Assembly: GCA_000165425.1 (NCBI GenBank)
Contig: CT868006.1
Coordinates: 124,001-188,000, forward strand
Source of the DNA: Paramecium tetraurelia
Taxonomy: Eukaryota
Reading direction: 5' to 3'
Length of the DNA: 64,000 nt
In this document: positions 13,938-28,500 of the stretch, piece by piece
Numbering within the stretch: the stretch's first letter is position 1
Layout: each line of letters opens with the position of its first letter
Translations under genes and position numbers: made by a program
The notes under the pieces: generated by a model
Told to the model about the DNA's origin: nothing
Seen by the model: the letters and a program-made list of their open reading frames with translations, nothing else
Databases searched by the model: none

Positions 13938-14660
13938 ACTTAAATTTAAAATTATTTATAAATAACAATCTAATGTCATTTCATAAAAAATCTTGCACAA
14001 TTCAAAATTGAGAAAGAAACATTGGATAGCACTCCTACTAAATATTGAACAGACCTTTTTCAATTATGAAATTTTTCTTGACCAACCTCTCTCCGATTTG
14101 AAAAATCAATACTATTATTAATGGCAACCTTGCATATAAGAATCTAAAAAGGATCTCATAATTGCTAATTCATTCAATATAAAGCTCTCTGTTTCAAAGT
14201 GAAAATAACTATAATAATTGCTTGAATCTCTTCTTCTAATTTAATATCTTACTATATATTCAGAATATTATCTAAATGCTTTTTATCTTAATTCACTCTC
14301 TTTGCATTGCCCCTTCAAAAATATATAGTAATCACATTAAAACCATTGTCATTTATGATTTAGCAATCTATTTTTTTGAAAGTTTCCATTAATAAAACTT
14401 TTATGTCTTTTGATATAAAATTGCTTAATATCTAATGCAATTAAATCTCTTATTGCTTCATTTTATTGAAGAAATAACTATATTTATTTAGTATAATTGT
14501 GAATGCAAAAAAACTGAAAAATTAAAATAAGCTCTTCACATATCTACATTATTTTTTGAAATATTCTGTATTTTTAAATTAAAGACATTAAAGTAGAATT
14601 ACAAACATCATTTAAAATATAAAAGATTAATATTTTATAATATATATAATGTAAAAAAAG

Positions 14661-17351
14661 TCAAATTAAGTCATCAATATCTTGTATTGAAAATTCTAAT
14701 TGTTATTAGCAACCCACATTTTGAAATTATTATAATAATCTTTAGAACAGACTAATTCTTAATTGCTTAGCTTTTTATGATTTTATTAATGGCTACTCAA
14801 ATTCCTTATCGTCTAACAAGATAAAGACTTTGCTTTTGAGAATGCAAGAGATGCATTAAGGTTCTATAATCTTAGTTGATTAATCAACAATGCAATAATC
14901 GAAGGATTAGGATTACAAAATATCAGTACAATATTAACAAGATGAGAAATAAAATTGTTTATCTTCTAATTTCTTTTCAACTTCTGGTATATCCTTACAA
15001 TTTTTAAACGAAAAAGAATATTTCTAATAATGTTCTGGAATTTTATCTTTTTCTCCTTGCAATCTCAAAACCCATTAACCTTCATTAGGAAAAGTATCAA
15101 CAAAATCTTTAATTTAATCATCTACGACCTCTTGATCAGCAGCACAATACAATACTTTTTTATTTGTGTATCCTAATAAAAACAACAAATGACTCAACAT
15201 TTTTCTCTTGCCATAACTACCTGATATCAAAGCAAAATCTTCAGCCAATAAACATAATTGAATAGCTTTTATTTAAAATTCATTTAAGTTTTTCTAAAAC
15301 TTTTCCATGAGAATTGCATTAGCAACTTTTTAATTATCGTCCATTTCAGTAACCAGTCTGAATTTAGGTTCCATGCCAAAAATAAGTATCTCCTTTTTCC
15401 TTTAATAAATTTCCTTATTAGTTGCCAATTCAAAAATGATAAATTTAAAATGCTTAAAAGGATTCTTCTAGTATAATTTATGAATCAATTCATCATTGAT
15501 TTGTAAATGATCTCCTAATTAGTCTATTTGTTCATATTCCAAGAAAATCTCCAAACCAATGGCGTAATCAAAATTTTGTTCATCCACTTCAATTTCTTCC
15601 ACATCTGTTTAATTTTCAATTAAATTAATTATCTAAGTCCCCTAAACTAGCCATGCATTCTGAAAGTTGTACTTAACATTTTTTTATGTTCTAATACAAA
15701 AAAGATTTATCTTTGTTTTATCTTAAAAACACTATTTCAAAATTTCATTAGCTTATTATTTGAGATAATAATTTTTGGATTACAATGTTACTTGAATTCC
15801 AGTTTAGCAACTCTTTGTTGCTTAAATATAATATGTAGCTTAAGGGATGAGTATGGTTTATTCCTCTTACCTAATATTCTTCAACATCTCATTTAAATAC
15901 TCCTTTGATTTTGATTGCAATTATTAATTAATATTATCGTAATATGGATTCTAAACAGTTAACTCTGATTACTCAGTTAAAATATGTAATCCATAACAAA
16001 CAGATTTATCATCGCATTTCTCACATTTAAAATTAAGATCCCGTTCACTTCTAAGTTCATCTTTTAAATCAGGAAGTTTAGAATAACAATCCTTAGGTTT
16101 TTCAAACATGTAAGTTTCTGATATATATAAATTCCTATAAAAGAATAAATCGTTTATATCCATTTAATCACATGTAACAACTTCAAGTTCCAACTTGTTT
16201 AAGTACAATAATAATCCAAACTAACTCTACTATTTATAAAAGTTATTCATTAATAGTAGATAAGTTTGGACCTACAAATGATATGACTATTTCTTTGAGC
16301 CAGTTTTCAATTCTATAGGAATATAGCAAATTTAACATTCCTTAGAATTCTTACGAAATTCGACTTACACTACAACATCTATAAATCCTTTTAATCCATA
16401 AACCGAAGATGATATTAATTATTCGTTACTAACCCATTTCAAGATTTTAATTTTGAATACATCCGAACTTTTTTATTATTTTAAACTTATTGGCTACTAC
16501 TTAATTACAAATTATTGTATCCATCTAAGTGTATTAACACACTTTGGAATGATATTAATTAACATTTCTCTTACTGTTTTTTTCTCTAAATGGTAAAATT
16601 CTTATATATATTTAGAATATAACTGACTTATTGGTTGCAAAAATGATTAAGGTAAATTCTCCACTACTAACTATTATAAGTCTTTTTAATGTTCATCAAG
16701 TTATTCAATATTTTCAAATAATGAATCATAGCTTTTGACATCCATAATAATGTTTTAAAAAAAATCATGAAGAATCTTACCACTAAGCATTTCTAGAGTA
16801 GTTCCAAAGCATTGGTTTTGAAAAAATTCTCTAGTAAACTATTTCCTTCTGCAAAAGTCTAGACCATTCAAAATTGATGGAGCTACTAATGTTTCAGGTT
16901 CTAAAGTAAATGAATTTTTATTTTGAATTTTTTATGTGAAGATTATTGCTCGTGAATCTATAAATTCACCATTTACTCTAATTTACATTCCCTTTCTAAT
17001 TTGCTTTAGATTATTGTAATGGTCAAATAGAAATATCTCTATAGTTTTTTGATTGTCCCCAAAGTTAAATTTTTCGCACGCCAAAATTAATAAAAAATGG
17101 GAAGTTGGTTATTTCTAAATTCTTTTAAATATTGATAATATGTAGGAATCTATCTCAACTTAATTCGAGTTTAAGACATCCTTTACAATTAAATTGTAAT
17201 TTGCATTCGACATACAATTTTCATTATTAATTAAGTTTTCTCGATTAACAACCTACGGTTTTTCCTATTATTATAATTTTTTTGTTGGCCTATTATCCTC
17301 TCTTAAAAACTCTTCCAACTCTGCATCAAAATTAGAAATTTTTTAAAACAT
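14661..17351 (-). CDS. DNA2: Dna2-like Fe-S nuclease with degenerate, truncated helicase
   Basis: Dna2 motifs EPETLV..LDFCRRK, GKILHDFF, YGLKGFIDV, PIELKTG, GLLLYL and CEKCDDKSVC. Helicase motifs are altered (ISGSYGKR, IVDQST). The ORF appears intronless and stops at TGA 14661-14663. Confidence 0.88.
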
Positions 17352-18318
17352 TTTATGTAAAAATAAATAATTAACCGCCAAAAGTCCATAGCTTTAGACA
17401 TAAATTATGACAAAATTTCAGTAATAGAAAATTGAAAATTCTTAAAACTCAAATTCCAAATATTTATTGTTGCTTAAGAACTCAATAATCTAATACTTTA
17501 GATGGCCTATTGATTAAATATTACAAGTATTCTGTTATTTAGATATTTAATAATCTTATAAGAATTTTATGTATTGCTATCAGATTATTAGAAACTTAAT
17601 ATTTCATATACTTAAATAGCAAATGGTATGTGTAATAATAAAATAAATTGAAATACTATCAAGATATAACACTAGAATGTAGATGCGTATCCTATTAGGG
17701 ATGATTGAATTAATTAAAAGTAAAGAAACCTATAGCTAGCAAATACTTGTTCTTATTTTTGAATTACATTTCACAAGGATTTAATTAAAATTTATGATAA
17801 ACTCCTTCAAGATTAATATTAATTTGCATTCACTTTATAATATTAAAAACTTTATTAATAATTATGAAAGTATAATGAAGTTGTGAAGATAGTGAATCCT
17901 CCTTTCACAGCCCTCATTAATTTATCAATTTAGCAATTTAATTTCACAATAGATAATTGAATTCTGAAAACTAAATTGAAAAATTTTTTGAAATTCCAAC
18001 CATAAAATCTGCTGAAATAATGTGATTAAAAATGATTAAATATATACAAATATATTTAAAAAATAATTTTGTCAAAGTTTCAATTAAGTTAAATTTTACG
18101 AAATCATTTTAGAAAGTCATTAGATTCTTAATCACATTTCATGTGTTATTTTTACAGTTTTTTGGCATACTTGCAAACAGATATTATATTAATTTTATTA
18201 CATCAACAACCCCTTTGATAAATTAAGTATTTAATTTGCACAAATTTCATAAAAAGAAGATTTGGGATTTAACTCTAAGCACTTGTATCACCTTTTAAGT
18301 GTTTTGAAATTGAGAATC

Positions 18319-18965
18319 TCATGGTCCATTGATTAATTTTTATAAAAATATATTTTTCACTTTTTCTTTTATACTTCCAAATTTTCTAGTATTAAGGATT
18401 ATACCTCAGGTGAATTAGAATATAAGACTAAAGCAAATTTGCCTTGAGGAAAATTTGAGGATTACTAAAATAAGAATGATAATAAACCTCTGTTATCTAT
18501 AGTTTTTTAAATTCTCCTTTTCCTTTAAATTACAATTTGGTCTTTCCCACCAAAATAGGCTTTCCTTAGGAATTGACTGTGATTTCTTTAGGAAATTTAT
18601 CAGCTGAAAATCTTCATTAATGGAATAGGATACAATTTAATGTAGACAGTGTATTCTTCATTTTTTGCCAAATTGCCAGAATAATCTCTTAAGGAAACAG
18701 AAAGTGTGAAATCAGATTTGCATTATAAGTTTTAAATTTCCTTCTCCAGATGAATAAAAATCGTTGCTTCTTCGTTGCTATACAACTTGTATAGGTTCTT
18801 ATTTCTTAATCTTGTCTTTTATTTAAAGTTCTCTAAACAATTCTAAACTGATTTGAGTCCCATGGATAAGTTATGGATCTGAAGACTTTAGGATGATAGC
18901 ATATCTTCAAGCATTTTGAAATTCAAATCTTTCTACTTATCGAGAAATTCTTACAATTCTTACAT
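18319..18965 (-). CDS. Hypothetical protein
   Basis: An open ciliate-code frame remains after removing two tiny introns. The start could be a downstream ATG. Confidence 0.6.
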
Positions 18966-18976
18966 TAATAATCATA

Positions 18977-19669
18977 ATGATTAAGACATTGCCTTTGTTG
19001 CTTCTACTTACAATATGTTTATCTGAAGATACACCAGTAGCAAGATTTGCATATGGAAATATGAATTTACTGCCAAGATAAAGAGCTCCTTTCTTTAGTG
19101 CTATAGCAGTCACTCCAGATTTGAAATTCCAGAAGATATCCCTCTCTGATTATTCGGGAAAGTATATAGTCTTGCTATTTTACCCATTTGATTTCACTTA
19201 CGTATGTCCCACAGAGTTGGTTGCCTTTTCAAATGCAATTGATTAATTCAGAGCATTGGGAGCAGAAATTTTAGGTATTTCTACAGATTCCCATTTCACT
19301 CATTTGGCATGGTTGAAAACACCAAGAAATCAAGGAGGAGTTGGTGATCTCTAAATCCCATTGTTGGCAGATATCTCAAAGAAGATATCAAAAGCATATG
19401 GTGTTTTGGTTGAAGATGAATTGGATGAATTATACGGTGCTTCATTAAGAGGATTGTTTATTATCGACAAAAAAGGATTAGTGAGAACAATGCAAATAAA
19501 TGATGCTCCAGTAGGAAGATCAGTTGAAGAAACCTTAAGATTGATTTAAGCATTTTAATATACAGATACTCATGGTGAAGTATGCCCTGCCAATTGGAAA
19601 CCTGGACAAAGAACTATTGTTCCAGATCAAGATAAAAAGGCTGAATATTTTGCAAAAAGTGAATTATGA
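18977..19669 (+). CDS. Typical 2-Cys peroxiredoxin (AhpC/Prx1 family) with signal peptide, PRDX4-like
   Basis: [18 protein letters not shown] leader, peroxidatic [17 protein letters not shown], resolving GEVCPANW, and C-terminus EYFAKSEL*. Confidence 0.96.
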
Positions 19670-20484
19670 TCATATATATCAGGTTAATTCAACCAATAAG
19701 GCTTTTTTAAAGTTATATTCATTTTGTATTTAGATTATTAAATTAGGCAATCATCAAATCTATATCAGAGAAATTCACATTTCTCTCTAAATCTAATGTT
19801 CTAAATCTTTAGTCAATCTTGCTTATTGATCTTATTTTTAGGTTTTGGTGCTTCATTATAAACTTCATTATTATAATATGTGAATCTCATCAGCAAATGA
19901 TAATTTTAATAGAGCATTACATCAACTGTCTAAGTCTATATTATTCTTATAAAAAAGTGTTTAGATTATTGAAGTCCCATATTTTCATCCAAATCATTAT
20001 TTTTAATTAACTCTAAAGAACTATTTTCCAATCTCTTTAACTCTTTATGCTTTTATTCATCTAATTATATTACTCCAGACTATTTTCTAAAAATTTTATC
20101 TCTGTTTCCTTTTATCAGTATTATATTATAATTTACAATATATTTCTCTAATTTATTAAAGTTATTATCGAGATTGCAATTCCTAGATACTTCTTTTAAG
20201 ATAATGAAAACAACAATTTGGCCTTCAATTCATATATTTAAGTTTCAATTTAATACATTTAATAAATAATTTGAAAATTAATCAATTAAAATAATTCTTA
20301 AAAAACGAAAAGAATGAATTCATTTACAATTAGTTCTTAAACCAATTCTAACTATGTATTTAATTGTCTCTAATTATATATGTTGACATACCTCATTCCA
20401 TTAATAATAATCTAGAAAATTTACTGAACTTTTATGGAGTTTCTAATGAGCTCATGCTTAAATTCGTAAAAAAAATTAATAATA

Positions 20485-22023
20485 TCAGATTAAAATATGT
20501 TCTCCAGATTTCGCTAAATTCTTTCTATTCCAAGTATTAACAATAACTTCAGGCTCTTCATTTGGAATTTCAGCCATCTTGAACTATTTCCCTGTTTCTC
20601 TATTTAACATCATTTGCTCTCTATCTTTTTGACTTTGTCCTGTTAAGAATAGAAAATTCTTGCAATCAACAAATTTTTTCTTAAGCTTATCCTACAGTTT
20701 TTGATTGTATAATGTCATAAGTTTGTTTGTATATAAACTTGATTTTGGAGACTAAGTGGCCTCATTTTCGATTAGTTCTATAATAAATAAAAACTATTTT
20801 ACTTTTTTCTGAAATAACAGTCTCCAACTATTTAAATGGGTTATCAATAAGTTTTGTATTAAAATTGGCTTAAATATCAGACAACACAAATTATTATTAT
20901 TGTGCAAGTCTCTCAGCATCGAAATCTGATAAAAAGCGATTCATTAACCTATTTTCAAACTGCTAGCAGCTCTTTGATTTATTTGTTTATGTAAGTAAAG
21001 TAAATTAGGGTCTATCGTCTTTGTGATCATACCATCTTAATCTTAGATACCAATATCTACTACTGTTCTTTTCTTCTTCACCTTTACTAAGTTCGATTGC
21101 TTAGATCTTTTAGTTTCTTTCCCTGAATTGATCTGCCCTACTCATAATTGTTTATTCTGGTTCCCTTTAACAATTAGACGCCACCTGAATATTAACATTC
21201 TCCCACTAAGTCTTCACATTTTCAAACTTTTTCATAGCCCTTTCTTCCCTTGAAATAGCATTTCTTAAATGAAAAGGTAGTTTCTCCTCAGCCTTCTCCC
21301 TCTCTATCTAAGCTCCTTAAATGTGTTTTTCAGCATCCTTAACTATTTTATTTAAATCTCTTTTGCTTAAATATTGTTAATCAACTTTATTCTTTTTTGG
21401 CGTTTTTCGAGCTTGTTATTTATCTAAAATAATTGATTATGCTTATTGATTGGTTCTGGTTGGAGGTTGTTCATCAAATAATGAATCATCTGTTGTCATT
21501 TGATTTGGATTTTATTAATTTTTCTTTATTCTCGAAAAGTTTCTTTGTTTCTCTTGATGAATTTTAAGAAACTAATTATATCCAACAACAGAATATTTGA
21601 TGACCTTATCCGATTTATCCTTCTCAAATTATGGACCTCCTGTATAATCTATATACTTTTTCCTCTCTTCATTATTTGCCTCTACAATTCACGTATTATT
21701 TTACCCTCAAAAATATTCATTGTAGACTGCGTTAAAGCAAATGTATCAACACCTTATTTCAGCACTCTCTTACAGTTATTCTGCTGCTGCATTTGTTCTT
21801 GATTTTAAATAAATTATTTAGTCTTATCTCCTAATCCGTATTGAGTCTGATAAAAGTTGCCAGTTTCATTGGATCTAAAAGTACTTGTCTTTGTAGAGTT
21901 GTGTATTTAATCCAACATTAAGTCACTTCTGCTTGCTCCCTTCGAATGAAAGAGAATGGGTTATGAAACCAACAAGGTTTTTGTATGTTTTTCTGCTTTA
22001 GAAGGATTAATAGGTATTAGCAT
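20485..22023 (-). CDS. Hypothetical charged/coiled-coil protein
   Basis: A long ciliate-code ORF with tiny introns, starting MLIPINPSK and ending SGEHILI*. Confidence 0.7.
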
Positions 22024-22040
22024 TTATATATATAATTAAT

Positions 22041-22322
22041 TCAAGTTTTTAATTTCAATATTTTCTCTAAGATCGAATTTTATTCATCGATGGAGGTTTC
22101 TTTCTTAAATTGACCCCAAAGTTCCATCCAATGGGTTTATTGATTAACCCCCATAAACACTGGAATCTCTACTTTTTTGACTTCATTAAAACTCTTCTTT
22201 CTTTGATGCTACTATTGATAGCTACCACTTTTCCGTTCTTCCTTTGAAACATAGATCGTCTTTAACTACTATTAAATAACAATGTTTAGTTTCCCATATT
22301 AATGAATAGATGCCTCTGACAT
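22041..22322 (-). CDS. Small hypothetical protein (about 93 aa)
   Basis: ATG-to-TGA ORF MSEASIHQYG...LKLKT* with coding-like composition. Confidence 0.55.
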
Positions 22323-22448
22323 ATTTTAAATTTACAGCTAAATTCAATTTTTAAAAAATTTATAGGATTTCGCGCTCAAGAATTTAAGAAAATGACACAC
22401 ATTTTAATTAATGTAAAATAGAGAATCTTTCCTTCCCTATTTATCTTT

Positions 22449-22553
22449 TTATAATTATTTTCAAAACCACTAGTGAAAGAATTAATAAACTTTATTATTA
22501 TTATAATTATTTTCCAAACTGCTTTTGAAAGAATTAATTAAACTTTATCATTA
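22449..22553. repeat. Imperfect tandem duplication (2 x about 52 bp) in a divergent intergenic region
   Basis: TTATAATTATTTTC-AAAC-...TGAAAGAATTAAT(T)AAACTTTAT.ATTA occurs twice back to back (22449-22500 and 22501-22553). Confidence 0.85.
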
Positions 22554-22568
22554 TTAAAAATTAATTGC

Positions 22569-25500
22569 ATGCCTTTAAAGCCCTAGAAAACAATTAGAGA
22601 TTACTTAAAAGTAAAACGCAAATTGTTCTTAGACTAACTGAGCCAAATCCTCTCTGAAATTGACCAAAACTATAACATTAAGTTATCAGCCAAATAATTT
22701 GTAACACGATACTTTCAATATATACTTGAATGTAATGAGAGAAAACTCAGAGGTGATACAAGTGAGTTTGTCTATGAAATGGGTGATTATTTTAAAGACT
22801 TCAATCTGAAATATTTTTTTCCTAAGCAAATTTGGTAATTCAGTGTTACAAGTAATAATCCATTTTATATTCAGAGACCTTGATCAATAGTCTATAAAAT
22901 GCTTCAGAATTGGATATCCTTCATATCTTTATACTATTAAATTTAGTATTGCAAGGTAAATTTGCTATCTCGTCAGCATCACTTATTGAAGTCCTCCCAT
23001 ATGAAGGAGGGTATACCAAATATCCCTTTGAATATGATTATATGATAGCTTTCAGATACCGCAATCTAGTAAAAATAGTTATCTAAATTATTCCTGTATT
23101 GTATCCAATTTTAAATGAAGAAGGTAACCCTAAACATTTTGAATTCCATCATGAACTAATTTTGGTTGGATCGATACCTGATATTTAGAAGGATAACTAT
23201 TAAGAAATAGATAAGTATTTCAGAAATTAGTAAACCTCCCCTAATTATTTTCCCAATATGAAATTAGTTAAAGAATAGAAAGGAGATGCATAAGTATTAA
23301 ATGAAATAAAGATTGGTGAGAATCCTAAAAATTGGAAGGATTTGATGCATCCAAGGAAATTTGAACTAATTCTGCTAGATGGTAACGATTATGTGTATAA
23401 TCCATAATTTAAACGATGGATTTCAGTTTCTACTTAAGATATCTTAAATAAAAAATTATAGAAAATGCAAGCATTTTCAGCTAACCATTATTTGATATAA
23501 AAATATAGTAAGTAACCATCAGCATTCTAACTGTTTAAAATAATTTAAAATATTCCAAATTTCAAAGTTAATTTAACAAAAGAGCAATAAGAGATTATAT
23601 CATTTAATGGAGATGGATTGGTAATTGGTAGAAGTGGCACAGGTAAAACCACTTGTGCTTTACTAAGACTCTTCACGACAGATATTCTATTTAAAATCAG
23701 AAGTAAATTGGATTAAATTAATTATTAAACAAGTGAAATATAACTTAATTAATAATAGTAGGATTGCGAATTAAAGACTGTCTTTGTTACAGCCAGTCCC
23801 TTATTAGCATGCTAAGTTAAAAGATTATATGATAGATTAATTTCAAGCATTTAGGATGTCATAAATAAGAAAAAAAACAGGCAAAGGAATTAAGTAGACA
23901 TTCAAGTGTAAGGTGACCAAGATGAAATAGATCAGAGCACTTTTTAAATAATAGATGCAATTAAAAATGATTAAGAACAATAAGAATAACAACAGTAAAA
24001 TCAAGAAGATGATATTGATGACTAAGACATTGATGAATATGAAAAAGAAATGGGAGAGTATTAAAGATTTTCTGATATCAACCAATTTCCAATATTTTTG
24101 ACATTGAGAAAGTTTATTTTTTTGGTTGATGGTTCATTAATGAATTCATTTTTCGCTGTTTTCGATAATAAATAGAATAGAGGATCTCAATGGCATAATG
24201 AATAATTTGGATAGATGTCCATATCTCAAATTAATGAAGCTATGCAAAAGAAGTTGGAGTAATATAACTAAAAATTGATGGATGAAATTGATAATTCCGA
24301 TTTTATTCAAACAAAAATGCATGAAGTCACATAAAATGTTTTTGTAAGGATTTTTTGGCCAAAGATAGTAGGTGCCATTAAATCACAGTTTATAACGCTT
24401 AAATTTTGTGATCCAATTTTTGTTTGGTCAGAGATTTGCACCAAAATTAAAGGCCACGAAACATCCCATAAGTATCCTGATAAATATATAGATTTTGACA
24501 ATTACAAAAATTTATCAGGATTAAATAAGGATGAATGTAGTTTTATTTATGAGGCTTTCTAAATTTATGAATAATATAAATATTAATTAGGATATTATGA
24601 TTTGTTGGACTTGGTAAATCACATTAATTAAGAGTTAGCAAATGGGAATGATTTCATTGAAAATGTTCATTATCTATTGCTTGATGAGTTATAAGATGTG
24701 CCAAGAGCAGTATTAATATTGTTAGATCAACTCACAGAACTTGGCTTATTTTGCTGTGGAGATAATGCTTAAAACATAGCTAAAGGGATAGGTTATAGAT
24801 TTTTCGAAGTTTAAAACTGTTTATTGTCTACTAGAAATGAAAAGAAGAAGACATATAGAAATCTGAAAATATTTGATTTGAGCATCAACTTTAGATCTCA
24901 TAACCAAATCTTGTAATTAGCCAACTCAGTGATAAGAATGATCGAGATATTCTTTCCACAAAAAATAGATAAACTAAATAAGGAAACATCAAATTTGTAA
25001 GGTCCTAAGCCTATTATTATTAAGAGTGATGACGTTGGTTAATTGTTGAATAATCTATGTGATTTCTTCTCTAATGATAAAAACACAGTTGAATTTGGTT
25101 GCAATCAAGTCATTATTGTCAAAGATCAGGAATCTAAGACCAGATTGCCTATTGAATTGTAAAATGTCTTATGCTTAACCATCTATGAAGCTAAGGGTTT
25201 AGAATTCGATGATGTGATATTATTTAACTTCTTCCATGATTCAACTGCATCCATCGAAGATTGGTAATCTCTTAATGATTTAGAACCGTACTCAGAACAT
25301 CTAAAGAAGATTGATTATGAAAGATTTATAACAAGTATCAATATCATTAATAACTAGTTCATCAAAATGAAGTAATATAAAGCACTGAAGGGAAGGATAA
25401 TGAATTAGTATAAGTCTGGTAATTGAAAATGAAAAAAAAAGTTGAGAACTATACAATATCAATTGATTTGTGTTAAGAACTTAAGCAACTTTATGTAGCA

Positions 25501-28500
25501 ATCACGAGACCTAAAAATAGATTAATTATTTTCGATTAATCTTCAGAAAAGAGAAGAAATATTCAAAATATATGGATTCAACTAGATACAGTCAATGTTA
25601 TTGGCTAATAAGTACAACCAAAGGATGTTATTTTTTAATTAGAATCATAAAATAATAATAAGGAGAACTGGAAAAGGCAGGGTCTTAAAATGTTTAGAAT
25701 GAATAATTATGACCAAGCAGCAAAAAGTTTCAAATTTGCAGAAGAAAAAGTATTAGAAAAGAAATCTATTGCATATAATATTGTAGCTAATAATGCTCAT
25801 GTAGTTAATGATAATTTACACCTATTCCAAGAAGCAGCTATGCTTTTTGAAGAAATTGGATTATTTTATAGAGCTGCCTAATGTTATTTCACAGCTAAAT
25901 AGTTTGAGAAAGCATAAGATTTGTATGAAAAAATAGGTAAAATGAATGAGATGGCTGAATCAGCATACTTTGCTCGCAATTACTCAAAAGCAGCTTAGAC
26001 TTTTGAAATCCTGGGCGATATTAGAAGAGCTATTGATTGTTATAGATTAATACGAGATTGGGACAATGTTATAATCATATTAAATAAGTACAAAGATCAA
26101 TTCAGTCAGAAAGAGAGGATGGCATTCTTAAATTAATTCTTTCCTAATTATTTATAAAGTTTAGCTTTGGAGATAGAAGAGACAGGTGTATCATAAAATG
26201 AATCCAATCAAGTATAAGAAATCTAAGAAACTAATACATAAGGCGAATTAGTTTTAAATCAATCAGATAGTTTCACAATCCAGAATTCAGTACTTAATAG
26301 ATCTGAAAATTAAGGGGATTCTTAATTAGTTAGTGATTAAATCAATAATTAGAATCAAAATGAATCTAGTTTGGAGATATTAAATATTGAATAGGATGAG
26401 CAATCTCAATCATAATCATTTTAGATTGAAAATCAAGATGAGAATGAATAAAATATGGATCATTTGTCTATTTTTGATCCTGATGATGAATGGTTGCTAT
26501 AAGATTAGAAATCATTGATCAAATCAATGTCATCTAAGATCAGTCATCAATCAGAATTCTCAAACATTATACTTTTGAATCAACCACCTCAAATATCTTT
26601 GTTAAAGTAAAAAAGCAATATATTTATTTCAAATAAAGTATTGTAGAAATTGATTAAAAAATCACAATTATTCTCTTAGGAATTTAGGAATCACTTAGAG
26701 TCATAAAAATGCAAGCAAGTTTAATTATCTAATAGAAAGGATGATGATAAAGAGTTTGATCACATGATCAACTTTGTTTATGATTTGGAAAACATTGATA
26801 TAGATTCAATTTATATGATTTTGGATATTTTGGAGTAATTTAAGAGTTATAAATTGTGTATTTACTTATGCAATTACTTTAAATTAGCTTCATATCTAGG
26901 AAGATATGTAGTTTCCTTAACCTCCAGCTATTCTCCATTGACGAAAAATAAATCGTCAGTTTATATTTAGATGATTACTTTGGGATCTTACAGAAGGAAT
27001 CTACTTGAATAATCAGCTTTATCTTAAATAGCATTTGATAATATAATCGAAACAATTAATCCGATATTCTCAACATTTAAATATGAAGAAGAACTAAATC
27101 TTTGTAATAGTTTAGGATTGAATTTTTATTAAGAACTAATAGGATTAGGTTTTTGGAAGGCATTAATATATTCATTAAACTATAGGCATTCCATGGATTT
27201 GTGTATGTCTTTTAACAACTTTTCAGATGCTATTGAAATATTTAAGAAAATGAAGTAACACAAAAAATCAGAATTATCAGAGGAGGAATAATTTAGATTA
27301 AGAAAAATTTAGTATTATCAATTTATTAAATCAATTAAAAGTTAGTAGGATAAGGTAGTTGATTTTACAAATACCCTTGATGACGTTTTTTAGATCACAA
27401 AGAACTATTATATGAAAAAACAAAAAGAAATAAACGAAGTTGATTTGGATTAATTAATAATTAATGCTAATATCAGTAAGAAAAACTTGACTTTTAATGA
27501 GCAACTAAAATAAATAGAGGCGATAATATTAAGTTTTGATATCCTTAAATCAATTAGAGATTTCTCATATGAGAATTTTGTAGGATTATTTTAACTACTG
27601 GAATATTTCCATGATAAGTTGATTTCTTATCAAAATTAAGAGAATATCAATGAAGCATTATTATTTTGCTATGGAATCTCAATTCCAAAGGGGGATATTA
27701 TGAGTCATTATTCTCATTCTTTATTCATACACATATCATCGAAACTTATTAAACAAGTAGTAAAAGAAACTCATAATAAGGATAATGCTTAGAAATAACC
27801 AAATTGCTTAACTTTTGTAGATATTGGATATGAGTATATTTCTATTCCATTTGAACAAGCTATTGAAGAAATAAAAATCTCTTTTTTTTAGAGGATTTAG
27901 CAGATGTTGAACCATTAATCATAAAGGCTAAAGGAATTTTATAAAGTCCATGATGATGAATTTTTTTCATTGAGTTCCCAAGAATATTGGGAAGATACAT
28001 TAGCAGAGCTCTTAGTATTTGTAATGCTGGAATAATCTATTAAAAAGCTTTAAAGCAAGATTAAATAGAAAAAAGAAGTGCAACCCATTTCTATTCATTA
28101 TTCAAAATAGATGGAATCATAAGATAATTCAATAGTTGATTCTGAGACATCCTAGACTCTACAACTGATATAGCGGATTATATTGAAAAATAATTTTAGA
28201 ATAATTGAAACTCCTAATTATATCAAAAGTATCGTTCGCGAGATTTCCTTAGGTTTGATTTTGCGTAAACAAGATAGGAATCATTCCAATATGATAATGG
28301 CAATTAACTTATTAAATTTGACTGATTAATTATCTTTTGGAGTTTTGATCTTTTCAAGTTAGAAAAAAGGATATGAAGTTTTTTTGCCATATCTCAAATA
28401 TATTGAGTTTCTTGAATGCTAGCATTTTGGTATTATTGAGGATTCCGCAGGATGTTTTTTAGATTATAGTTAATATGTAATGGAAAAGTTTTATTTAGAT

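Noticed and set aside
13950..14460. Missing second helicase lobe of Dna2 encoded downstream
   Set aside because: No SF1 motifs IV-VI are recognisable. At most this is a small unrelated ORF that I could not resolve.
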